Positions 23,008-34,320 of a DNA stretch of 64,000 nucleotides are shown piece by piece (position 1 is the stretch's first letter; every line of letters begins with the position of its first letter). The stretch is from Nemertoderma westbladi (Eukaryota > Animalia > Xenacoelomorpha), in assembly GCA_032718475.1 (NCBI GenBank), contig JAUCBJ010007324.1, forward strand, positions 1 through 64,000, given 5' to 3'. The notes beneath the pieces were generated by a model, which was given only the letters and a program-made list of their open reading frames with translations, had not been told where the DNA came from and did no database searches. Made by a program: the position numbers and the translations under genes.

Positions 23008-23495
23008 TGAAGGTAAAAAGAGTTTGCGTTGTTCGTCGTATATAATTTTCGGGTATAGATAGATATAGATAATGTGTTGTAATGTAGAGTACCTAAATGT
23101 TGATATATGGAAGGCGGGTAACGGTGATTGAAGTCCCGGCACTTCCCTAGCTAAACTAACCTAAACTAATACCAATAACACACTGAGGTAACTGAACTGA
23201 ATGATTGCTGGTACCTAATAATATATTGCACGGTTTGGCCTTGCTACAGTACCTAGCCGATGCTTCCCCCCCCCCCCTGATTGGCTAATATCCCTGTTGG
23301 CGCCCTTTGGAGTGTTCCCGTTCACTCCAGCTATTCTCTCTCGGTTAGGGGTTTGGCCCCTGACCCTCATTGTGTGTTTCTCCTTCCCACATTATTGGGG
23401 TGACACGAGTTATTGGTTACCCAATCTCGTGGCCCCCAATGTTGCTTAACGGTTGACTTTATGGGTTCGTGTTAGCGGAATTGAATAAGCTAACA
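23008..23495 (-). repeat. Element B 3' LTR, main part (remainder at 15201-15265, split by element C)
   Basis: Near identity to 36810-37295; adjacent PPT. Confidence 0.93.
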
Positions 23496-24322
23496 CTCCC
23501 CCCCATGCTATCTTCCCGGTGAGAAGATAGCATCCACCTTAAAGTGCGCTACAATTCCGCTGGATCCCGATCTAGTATCGGGTGTGGGGTGGAACTATTT
23601 TCTCTCGGAGCCGGCTTTCCAGGCCGCTCCCTATGGGTATGATATCGCTACCCGGTTCGCCTGGCGTCCCATGTCGGGCCGATCGTGCGCTCCTCTCACA
23701 CGACTTTTGTTTCCCCAACACTTTCGCCACTTTGACTCCACTCCGTTCTCACCCTGACTCTCTTCTACTTCTCCTCTCTCTCACTCTAACTCTCGGACTT
23801 CCCTGTTCCTCACTCAGCCTCTTATCCTCCCCCCCCCCACACTTGGATTGCATTCGCACTCTCTCCGCACTCCGCACTATCACCTTTACTCGACCCCTCT
23901 TTGACCACCTTATCCTTTCTGACGAGTCTCACCCCCCCTCCTGTGCCGTCGCACTCGAGAAGTGTGAAATCGTCTGGTGTCTCGTCCATAGTACCATAGT
24001 CAGTTAGCCCCCCAGTCCCAGTAGCTAATTGAGAAAGGTTGTGTGACTATAGTACTTACTTCGAATGTATATTTTATGACTAAACTACTGATTACTACGT
24101 ACGTACATACAAATTGCACTCATTTTGGTTATTTAGATTACTTGAATTTGTACTTAATAGTTCGCACGTCTCACGTGGCGCCTTCCAGGCGTACCACGTC
24201 CAAGCCTGAATTTCTCTCCCCCCGGCCCTGGGAACCTATTTGTCCCTCTTGAGATAGTTCCCTCTGGCGTCCTCCTCCCTGGGTCGTTTCTTGGTCACTA
24301 CCGCTCCTCTGGTATCCGCTTT

Positions 24323-26782
24323 CTATCTTCGGACTTTCGCCACCACCTCCCTACTGATTCCGGTCATCGGCTCCTTGGGCGCTGGTGTTATCAGTGCCCG
24401 ATATCGCTTCGCGGGTGGCCCCTCCGAGTGGCCCTGTTGTCTCCCCCTGGTGACGTCCCATAAGATCATCTTCATTGCCCGCGGCACATGCTCCGCCAAG
24501 AAATCCCTAAACTCCCCTCGGTTCTGTGGCATCCACCTGTCCAAATACCTTTGTGTATTCATTACCCCGGCGTATGACGCCGCCGTTGCTACCTCTTGAT
24601 AGGTAAACGGTAACCTCCTCTTTATGATCTCCAAGTGAGCCTCCTGGTTGATTAGGAAGAAACCCCACTTAAACTCCTGGGCCTTCATGCGTTGCCGCGT
24701 CATGGCCCCGACGTCGGCCCATTCTTCGAAGATCTTGAACTTCTCCTCATCGTCCATCCAGTCGCACTGGCGTCCGTAGTGTCCCCGAAAGTTGCACTTC
24801 GGACATCGGTTATGCAACCGTGGACACGCTCCCATCCTGTGGCTCGTCTCGTGGCAGTAGAGACAGCTGGTCCCCTTCTGGAACCGGTACAAACATATCT
24901 TTTCCTGGTGGGTCTGTCTCCCACAGTAGTCGCAACCGAGTACCAATGTCTCCCGCCCCACGTCGTCTTTTGTCCCAAGCGATCTCCGCGGTCTGTGGAG
25001 TCGCTGATAGGCGAACTTCTGGACGTTAGCGTCCCTGTCTACGTCGATCTCCTCTCCCCTCCCGGGCATCGTCTCCCCGAATACTACCCGTGGTGCCGTC
25101 CCCGGTTGTACGCCCAACCTGATGGTGCTCCCCGCGAAGTCCATTGCCGGCTCCTCGTGCACCCAGGCCCGCTTGCCGGGTTTGTCCCAGAAGGCTGTCG
25201 CCCCACTGGCCGTCACCACCCTCCCGCCAACCCAGTCCGTGTCCGAGTGGCCTATCCTCTCGATGGGCGGCACCTCTCCGAACTCGTCGTCGTCCTCGTC
25301 CTCCTCTAGTAGTGGTTCCAACCCCGGTATCATGGTGGACCCACTATGTCCCTTCCCGCCTTGGTTCTTGCCCATAACTCTCCATTCCTCAAGCTCCCCT
25401 AGCTTCCTCTGCGGTTGATCGCCCTCGGCGCCCGCTGGTATGGGCATCGCTTGCAATCCCGACGTCGACTGTTTCGGTGATCCCACCGTCCACCCTAACT
25501 CTCGCCCCGAAGACTCCCCCGAACTCCCTGATGACATCCAACGGAGTTCGTCTGAGTCCGCTTGTTCCTCGAAGCCGTAGCTCTGCGCCCTAGCTTCCTC
25601 CTCCCTCTCTTCTGCTTCTCTTCTCTCCCATCTAGCAATTTCTTCCAATCGCTTCGCTTCTTGTCTGTCCGCTTCTAGCTGCTCCCACCTCTGATATGGC
25701 GTATCTACCTCCCTGTCTACCAGATGTCGGTGGTTGTAGTACACCGACTCGCCCTTCGGCCCCGGGTGGTCTACCAGACCCTCGAAAGCCGTTTTAAAGG
25801 CCTTTCTGTAGCTCAGGGGTGATCCCGATAGCAGAAATGCCGTTGGTTCCTTCCCAATGACGATAGTCATGAATAGGTTTAGTAAACCTATCATTATCCA
25901 GTCCTCCTGCAGGATATATCGCTTCTGATATACCTTTATCGCTCCTCTCCGGAATTGATACACCTCTTGTTTCCCTGGCCTCGCTCCCCACTTCAGCGAG
26001 TTAGCCAGCTCTGCTCCGTACTCTTCTCTGGACTTTCCCCAGTCTGTTGGTTTGTGACACACGAGCCCCAATAACTGGCCCATCGCCACTGCTCCGCACT
26101 GGCCTGTGTTCTCCACTATTCCCAACCCGTCCGGCGCTGTCATAGCCATGAAGACCGTCTGCGTGTCCAGAAGGTTGGGGGTGTCCGGACCGATGATTCT
26201 CTCCGCGTCGTCGCGAATCGCCGATCCCACTTTCGTCGTCGACTTCTCTCGTACCAGGACTTGCACCGCTTTCGGCAACCGGTTTAATTTCGGCCCGTCC
26301 TTGTTCCCATACGTTCCTAGGTCGAATAGGAAAATGTCCCCATTTGGCGCGGCCAAATGTAGGAGTATGGTTCTGGCCAACCCCGCTGATCCTCGTCTCG
26401 AACCCGGCTCGTCTTCCACGGTTCCCTCGTCGTCTAGCATCATATATCCTCCCCTGCAGACGGACTCTACGAACCTCTTCCAATCTTTCTTCGGCGAATC
26501 CCTCGCGTACTTCGGAATCCCGAACTTCTCCTCGTCTCCCTTTACCACGTAGTGGAAATGCCCGAAGATCGCGTTGTCCAGCGACGGCGTCCCTTATGTC
26601 CCGACCAGCCGCTGTTCGTGCATTTCTCTGAAATGGTCTTGTAGCGCTCGTGCTGCGTGACCCCTCTCCAGTCATTCGTAGTACCCTCTCGTCTTCTCTT
26701 CCGGATGCCTCTTGGTGAAGTCCACCAGTATCTCCTTCCCTCCTTGCTCCGCCTTTCTCTTTCTGATCAGTTTCCCCGCCAT
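24323..26782 (-). CDS. Element B ORF3: DEDDy-type 3'-5' exonuclease plus three CCHC zinc knuckles; two in-frame stops near the N-terminus in this copy
   Basis: 741 aa open (26548-24323); in-frame ATG at 26782; motifs MMLDDEG, LLHLAAPNGDIFLFDL, LPKAVQVLVREKSTTKVGSAIRDDAERI, LLDTQ, YQKRYILQED; knuckles CDYCGRQTHQEKIC, CLYCHETSHRMGAC, CPKCNFRGHYGRQC. Confidence 0.8.
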
Positions 26783-27309
26783 TTCGAACTCTCCCGATCG
26801 CTCACTTATAAGATGGTGCCTTACCAAGGCGCAATATAAGTGAGTGATGCAGCTAGGATGGTCTATACGGTCCGATAATGGCCTATTCCTTATTTAACTA
26901 CGCCTAATAGCCTAAATTCCTACTATTTAATTCTGTAGCTAGTAAATGTACCCTAATTTCGGTTTCTGTCAGTTGCTTTTATTATGTTCCAGAATTTTCA
27001 TATTGATGTTACCATAATTTGTAATTTTGCCCTTTTCTTATTTAATTTTATTTTGATTTTAATCCTACTGTCCTACTACTTGCTACTGCCTATGGATTAT
27101 TCTATCTCCTAATCCACATTCTGGCCTACTCTGTGGGCCTGTGCAGTACAGCAGTATGCCTCGCGTGGCCACACGATTTATCCAGCTGTACTCATATGCC
27201 CCCCTCTCGCTACTAACTACTGACTAATATCTATACTATATATACCCTTCTACCTCTATCTCTATCTCTTACTAACTAGTACTACGTACTTTCTTGCTAA
27301 CTCTTACTC

Positions 27310-27780
27310 TCTCTAACTAACTAACGGTACTACGTACCCTCTAACTCTTACTCTCTCTCTAACTAACGGTACTACGTACCCTCTAACTCTCTAACTAACG
27401 GTACTACATACCCTCTAACTCTCTAACTAACGGTACTACGTACCCTCTAACTCTCTAGCTAACGGTACTACGTACCCTCTAACTCTCTAACTAACGGTAC
27501 TACATACCCTCTAACTCTCTAACTAACGGTACTACGTACCCTCTAACTCTCTAACTAACGGTACTACGTACCCTCTAACTCTCTAGCTAACGGTACTACG
27601 TACCCTCTAACTCTCTAACTAACGGTACTATGTACCCTCTAACTCTCTAACTAACGGTACTACTTACCCTCTAACTCTCTAACTAACGGTACTACGTACC
27701 CTCTAACTGACTCCTAACTAACTAACTAACTCTAGGTACTACGTACCTTCTAACTGACTCCTAACTAACTAACTAACTCT
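27310..27780. repeat. 32-bp tandem repeat between integrase and ORF3 of element B, about 12 copies
   Basis: Unit CTAACTAACGGTACTACGTACCCTCTAACTCT. Confidence 0.95.
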
Positions 27781-27890
27781 AATTATTTTTTATTTTTTTT
27801 TTATTTTATTGTGTGGGAAGGGCGTCTCGCCCTCAATCCCACCCCCCTCAGTCCAAAACTTGGACGACTAAACTCCAATCAAACGACAAT

Positions 27891-29468
27891 CTAGGGTGCT
27901 CCTTCTAATAGACAGCATTTCCCTACAGCTCTCCTGTAGGTTTTCATGTCCTTCGCACCTATCTTGCCTCCTATCCGCACTTCTACCGATCGGACTCTTC
28001 CGTCCTCATCGGAGTAAGTGCCTACAACTCTCGCCAACCGCCACTGGTTGTTGATGATAGTATCATCCGTAACGATTACGAGATCTCCCTCTTTTAGCTC
28101 CCTATTCGATTTCCTCCACTTGCTTCTTTTGTGAAGCGTGGGTAGGTATTCCTCAACCCACCTCCTCCAATACTCTGCGCTTATCGCTTTAGCGAATTTC
28201 CAACTCTGGCGGGAGTGTATGTCGTCTGGATCTACACCCCGCATATCGATGGTCGCTGGCCTTTCCATTAGAAAATGGCTAGGCGTCAGCACATCTAATG
28301 ACTCAGGGTCATCATTCTCCGGGCATAGCGGTCTGCTATTAATGATACCCTCGCACTTCGCAAGTACTGTTCTCAAGACGTCCTCCGTGACCAAATGGGT
28401 GTTCATTAACTTCGTCATGAGACGCTTCAAACTGCCCACCAGTCTCTCGACGCATCCTAGCGTATGTGGTGCATACGGCGTCCTTCTCTCCCACTTTACT
28501 TGTCGTCGTCTCATGGCTGCCCTGACTTCCTCCCCTTCCAAGATGTCCAAGGCCTCTGCCATCTCGTTCTCTGCCCCCACAATGTTGGTTCCGCTGTCGG
28601 AGTACATTACTGTGATCATCCCACCTTTGCGGTCTCTGAACCTCTCTAATGCATTAATGAATTCTGATGCGGTTGCATCTTGGGCGAGTTCTATCCCTAC
28701 CGCCCATGTGTTGTTGCATACGAAGATAATGCCGTAGCGTTTCTCCGTGTGTCGCATCACTTTGATCTTTATCGGCCCAAACATGTCCACACCGCAATGC
28801 GTAAATGGCGGGTCGTGCTGTCTTACCCTACTCGCCGGTAGTGGCGCCATCTCCTGTATGGCTCGCTCCTTCTTCGCTCGTCGGCAGGTCTGGCACTGCC
28901 CCACTACCGCTTTTACCTTCTTCCTCAACTGCTTGACCCAAAAGGTCCTCCGTATCTCCGTAAGGGTTCGGTTGGTGCCCCCATGCAATATCGACTTGTG
29001 GGAGTCCCAGATAATCTGGTGGACTATTGGCGATCCTGTAGGGATGATGATGGGCTTCGGTGGTACGACGATACTGTTGTTGTAACCCACCCTAGAGTTC
29101 ATTACTAGAATCCCGTCATCATTAAGTTGTGGTGACAGCGTGATCAGCTCGCTGTCCCGTTGAAGATGCTGTTGCTTACCGATGCGTTCCACCTCGTCAC
29201 CATAGTTCTTCCGTTGTTCATAGCGGAACACTGCTTTGGCCGCTCCTTCCAGATCTATGGTTGTCCCGATCTTCTTGCCTTTGCCAACTCCCGCGAGAAA
29301 ATTCCCGAAGGCTCTCCAGTACGCCACTAATTTCTTGGTCTTATACCAACTAGAGCTGTAGCTGAGGAGTTTATCCGTCGGGTTATCGCATAATTCTTGT
29401 TTTGGTTGCCCGACGGCCCTAGCACTGAATTTATCCTCCTTTCCCTTCACTGTGTCTCTTACTGCCAT
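27891..29468 (-). CDS. Element B integrase (HHCC zinc finger, DDE core, C-terminal DUF5641-like region), fused to a short RT remnant
   Basis: HKSILHGG...CQTC, PFTHCGVDMFGP, MYSDSGTNIVGA, GCVERLVGSLK, INSRPL, LTPSHFL, YWRRWVEEYLPTL. Confidence 0.93.
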   Translation of the reverse strand: MAVRDTVKGKEDKFSARAVGQPKQELCDNPTDKLLSYSSSWYKTKKLVAYWRAFGNFLAGVGKGKKIGTTIDLEGAAKAVFRYEQRKNYGDEVERIGKQQHLQRDSELITLSPQLNDDGILVMNSRVGYNNSIVVPPKPIIIPTGSPIVHQIIWDSHKSILHGGTNRTLTEIRRTFWVKQLRKKVKAVVGQCQTCRRAKKERAIQEMAPLPASRVRQHDPPFTHCGVDMFGPIKIKVMRHTEKRYGIIFVCNNTWAVGIELAQDATASEFINALERFRDRKGGMITVMYSDSGTNIVGAENEMAEALDILEGEEVRAAMRRRQVKWERRTPYAPHTLGCVERLVGSLKRLMTKLMNTHLVTEDVLRTVLAKCEGIINSRPLCPENDDPESLDVLTPSHFLMERPATIDMRGVDPDDIHSRQSWKFAKAISAEYWRRWVEEYLPTLHKRSKWRKSNRELKEGDLVIVTDDTIINNQWRLARVVGTYSDEDGRVRSVEVRIGGKIGAKDMKTYRRAVGKCCLLEGAP

Positions 29469-32400
29469 AGTCGTCGTAAATGAAGACTACTTGGCTCCCA
29501 TGTTCTGTACTATCATCTTGTACGTCGGTACAATCGACGGCTCTTCATTGCTGTTGTACCATAAGAAGCGTTGGCTATCGCTATCTTCTTCCGTTACACG
29601 GACTTGGTTGAACATGCCCTCTATATCACATGTGAAGGCGTGTTTCCCATTCCTGAATCTAAGTAGGACCTCGATCCCCGAGTTGTAGATATTGGGACCC
29701 TCCAGCAGATAGTCGTTTAGGCATTTTCCGTTCGTCTTGGCCTATCCGTCAACTACCATCCGCAGTTTACCTTTCTTCGGGTCTAAAGCCACGTGGAGTG
29801 GCAGGTAATATGTCCTGTCCGTGTTTGGTGCGTCGACCTGTAACTCCACGGCCCATCCTTTCTCGACGTACTTCTTAATCGTTCTGTGGATGTACTCATT
29901 CTTCTCGGGGCTCCGTTTTAGTGTTTGCTTCAGCTTGCGGAGCCTCGTGAGTACCATCCCTCTGTTATCGGGCAGTGGTAGCTTCGGTAGCTTCCATACC
30001 ATTCCTATGGTGTACCGCCCCTCGTCGCATTTCATAGACTCCTCTACGCTCTGCTGAGCCTGTTTGTCTTCCACCGAGGTCCCGACCCCGGTCTCCTTTA
30101 ATCCTTCAAAATCCTGTCTGAGCAGTCTTTTAAGCTGCTCCTCTGCTCTCTCATCACTTATTTCCTTCATAGTTCCCGCGAACATGCATCCTGATGTCTC
30201 CGACATCCTAAATGGTATCTTGCTCTTGATTGGGCCACTCAGCGTCCACCCGAATGGTGTCAGTATCACCACCGGGTCACACTGTTTGTCTTCGCCGAAG
30301 ACCGTTTGCATTCTTTCGTGGGCCGTTGGGCAGTCCATTCCTACTATGATGGATACCTTCCTAACGTCCACCTCTGGGATTGAGAAGTCAATGTCGTCCA
30401 GAAATTTATATTGCTCGACCTCGATGTTGGTTGGCTGCCTGGCATTGATATTAATTGACTCTATCACTTGGATGGGGTCGACGGTCGCCCCGTAGTCGCA
30501 TCCCGGTGCTATTGCTGCAATTGCGCACCGTCCGGTCCTCATCTCCAGGACCTCGTCTTTGCTAGAGATGGTTGTTACCGCCATTCTACTCGGCCTCGTT
30601 CTCAATCCTATTTCTTCGGCCACCCTATCCTCGACTAATGTGAAGGCAGCTCCACTATCAACCAGCATCAGTGTTGTTACTGATCGATTGCCTTCTCCAA
30701 TCACTCGTACTGGTACTACCCCAAGTAGCACCGTTCCTCTCTTCTTTGCCCCTACCGTGCTCGTTGCCATCGTTTGGCCTTTGCTTTGACCGAACTTAAT
30801 TGGCGTCTCCTTGCATTGCCTAGCTCTATGTCCACTCATCACGCATCGCGAGCAGATCTCATTCCTAGCCGCATATTCTACCTGATCTTCTCTGGGTAGC
30901 GCTTGCCAGTACCTGCAGTTCATGGTTTGATGAAGCGCATTTGTATGTAGCTGGCATTTGCTATTTGGGTTGTAGCCGTCCTTATACAGTGCATTGCGTA
31001 TCGCAGCTGCGTTTGTACCAAAGTCCCTACTATTCTTATTGTTTGGGTTCGGCCTACTGGACGTACTGGGGTTATATTTATTTCTGTTGTTATTTTTCCC
31101 CTGTCCGTTCCATGGTGTGGTCTTACCTTCGGCTACCTGTGGACTTGCAGTCCCCTGCGTCGCTGCGTATGGCAGTGATTGCCTGAGCTTTGGTAATGCG
31201 TTTGACGTGTTGTGTTCTGGTTTCGGTCTATGGTAATCCGTCTTTGGTCCCTTTCCCAGGCTATCTTCACTATAGACTGGGTCGGTTATTAGTTCAGCTT
31301 CGTAATTTAAGAAGCTTGACATTTCCTCTAAACCCGGTTCCGCACCCTTCCTATCTCGAGTGGAGAAAGCGATTTTTCTCCACGTGTTGCGCAGCCAGAT
31401 CGGTAGTGCCTGCGCTATCGTGGTGATGTTGTTGGACGCGTTGAGCTCGTATGGCGCGTCTAGCGTCTTCAGCACGATTAGCGCCTTTTCGACTTTGTTA
31501 GCGAACGTCTTAATGCTAACGGGATTATCCTGCAGGCCACCCAATGTTATGCCTCTCAGGGTTTGCCTGATGATCTTGGCCGGGTGCCCGTATTCCCTGT
31601 CCAGTGCCCGCCATGCCATCGTGAAGCCGCCCTCTATGCCCTAGTATTGCCTCACGATGTCGTATGCTGGGCCTCCTGTATATACTTGCAGATACTTTAG
31701 GCACTCCGCCTGCGTCAAGTTCTTTGTTAGTATTTCGTTACTATACATGCGCCGAAACTGTAGATATTCTTCCGGCCTACTCCCATCGAATTTGAATGGT
31801 TCCAAGGGTGGTAACTCGATTCTCGTTTTCAACGCATCGATCAATGTGGCCATCCCCATCGCCTGCGCTTCCAATGGGTTCGATGGATGTTGTATAGTTT
31901 CTCCTGTTTGGTGCGGTCCGTCCGTCCTATTTCCTGCCTTCCTTTGACTTGGGTATATCATTGGGGGTAGCGGCCCCCTCCATATTTCTGTGTCGCATGA
32001 CCTATTTCCATCCAAGGGATTCGTTGTTCTCGCTCCTATTGGGGTATATTGTTGATATTGTGATGGGGGAATGTCACCCTGCCCCCCCCCCCCCCCCCCC
32101 CCAACCGGTATGTTTGGTACTGGGGTTGATGTTAATATATTGGGGCCCATGCACCTATCCGCAATAATTCCCCCCTCCCCTGGGTATATGTTATGTCCCT
32201 GCATGCTGTAGTCATACTGCTGCACTGGTACCGGTATAGGCCTATCAGCTTCTGGCCTACCCGCCGGTATGTACTCCGCGACTTCCGGGTTTAATCCCAT
32301 CGTCCGCGCTATCCTATCGCCTACATTGCCTCTGTCAGCATGGCCTATGCTATGTGCAGTAAGGCCTACTGTATGTCCTACAGTCTGCATGTGTCGCTCG

Positions 32401-32757
32401 GGATCGAAGTTTATTCTTCTCGAATAATCCTCCCCGCGGCTACCGTATTCTCGATCGGTAGGTAAATTCCGTCGGAAAGTTTCTCTTCGACCCCCCCTAC
32501 CGCTCTCGTCTTCGCACCGGTACGTCGCGTACCCCTCTCTCGACGCATAATGCGCCCCGTCAGGCCGCGTTCCTCCGGGGCGATGGCAATCTCCCGAAGT
32601 TCGACCCTGCTGACTCTCCATCTCCATCTCTACTACCGACGGCTCGCTATCCGTTCTCGCTCTCCTGTCGTTCGCGGCGACACTTCTTCTATTCTCTTCC
32701 CTTCTTTTCTTCGTAGTGCAGTATTCCCGCTCGTGAGATCTCTCGTCGACCTCCCGG
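29469..32757 (-). pseudogene. Element B gag-protease-RT (N-terminal half) with nonsense mutations
   Basis: ORFs 32627-31641 and 31619-29742 separated by TAG where element C has CAG; MLVDSGA; YYLPLHVALDPKKGKLRMVVDG*; FTCDIEGMFNQV...QRFLW. Confidence 0.9.
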
Positions 32758-32761
32758 TTAA

Positions 32762-34314
32762 CCCTATTAGTACCGGGCTATAAAATGTTGTACAAATACC
32801 GGGGGGGGTCATATTGACCCCCCCCTCTAAAATCTACAAATATTTACGAAAACGTCTGATTTTTTGTTTGTACGTAGGTATCACTGGTCTGGATCCGACC
32901 GAAAAAAAAAATTTTCGAAAAAATGTACTGGGGTGGTTATATTGCAGCACCAAAATTACAAGTAGTGCACAATTTTCACCAAATTTGAAAGTTACATTTT
33001 CGGCTAATTATTTTTCAATACAGGTTTTCTGGGGTGCAAAATACATTGGAAAACATTAAAAAATGATATGATTACTATAAATGGCTGTTTAGTCCTCTCT
33101 GCGTAGGAAAAAAATGAAAAAAACAAGTAACCAGCACTTTTCAGTTAGAACACAAAATTTTTAATTAACTTATACGATGCTATAAATTCACATTTTCAGG
33201 TTTTCGAGGGCGCTGATTCTAATGGAATACATTTCTAATATGCCAGATCATTGCTACTTGTATTTTTCGGCGTAATTTGGCAAATTTTGGTGCTAGCACC
33301 AAATTTCGTACCCATCACCAAAAAGTACAAGTTTGCGATGTCCAGTGCTGTTTTTATTGATTCCATCGGATTCAGGACCCTCATAAACCCGTATAACGCA
33401 AGAAACAAGGTGATACTATCTACTTATCAATTTGCATATTTTCCAAAATTTGGTGCTGGCACAACAATTTTCACCCACCGGCGAAAAATACAAGTTTGAG
33501 AACTCTTATGAAATTTTTACTGATTCCATTGAATTCAGAACCATCACAAACCCGTATAACGCAAGAAACAAGGTGACACAATCAATTGATATATTTGATG
33601 GTTTTCAAAATTTGGTGCTAGCACCACATTTTGCACCCACATCCGAAAAATACAAGTTTGAGATGTCTAGTTCGATAATTATATTTTCCATTGAATTCAG
33701 AACAGCCATAAACCTCTAAAACGCAAGAAATAAATTGTCACAAGCAATTTTATCTATTGAATGGATTTTCAAAATTTCGTGCTAGCACCAAAATTTGCAC
33801 ACAGCACCGAAAAATACAAGTTTGATACGCTTGGTGCAACTCGTATATATTTCATCGAATCCAGAAACCCAAAAAACCCCAATTGCGTAAAAAACAAGTT
33901 TCAAACGATCAATTTACAAAATTGACTTATTTCAAAATTTGGTGCTGGCACCAAAATTTGGCACCCACCGAAAAAAACAAGTTTGAAATTTCTAAATCAA
34001 TTTATATGAATTCCATCAAATTTCTAACACCAAAAAACCGGTGTAAATCAAAAATAGAGATGTTACAATTCATATTTAATGAAATGTAATTTTCAAAAAA
34101 CGTCTCAAAAAAAGTGCCAAAAGTAGGGTTAAAAAATGGTGCTATAACTCGAAAAGTACCCAATATTTTTGAAAACGGTTTTCACTACTAGGAAGACAAT
34201 AGATTTTTAGGAAAAGTCATAAAATTTCAGATTCCCAACTGCGTTTGTTTCAGAATTATAATAAAAAAACCACGGGGGGGGTCATATTGACCCCCCCCCC
34301 CGGGTTTAATAGGG
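32762..34314. mobile_element. piggyBac-type non-autonomous DNA transposon (MITE) in element B gag
   Basis: Inserted at TTAA (32758-32761; right side TTTTAA); termini CCCTATTA...TAATAGGG; subterminal palindrome GGGGGGTCATATTGACCCCCC at both ends; about five internal 163-bp repeats (33280-34030); the homologous site in element C (GGTTAAACTC near 20391) is empty. Confidence 0.85.
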
Positions 34315-34320
34315 TTTTAA

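Noticed and set aside
24323-26548. env gene in element B
   Set aside because: No signal peptide, fusion-protein Cys pattern or TM anchor; motifs fit exonuclease plus zinc knuckles
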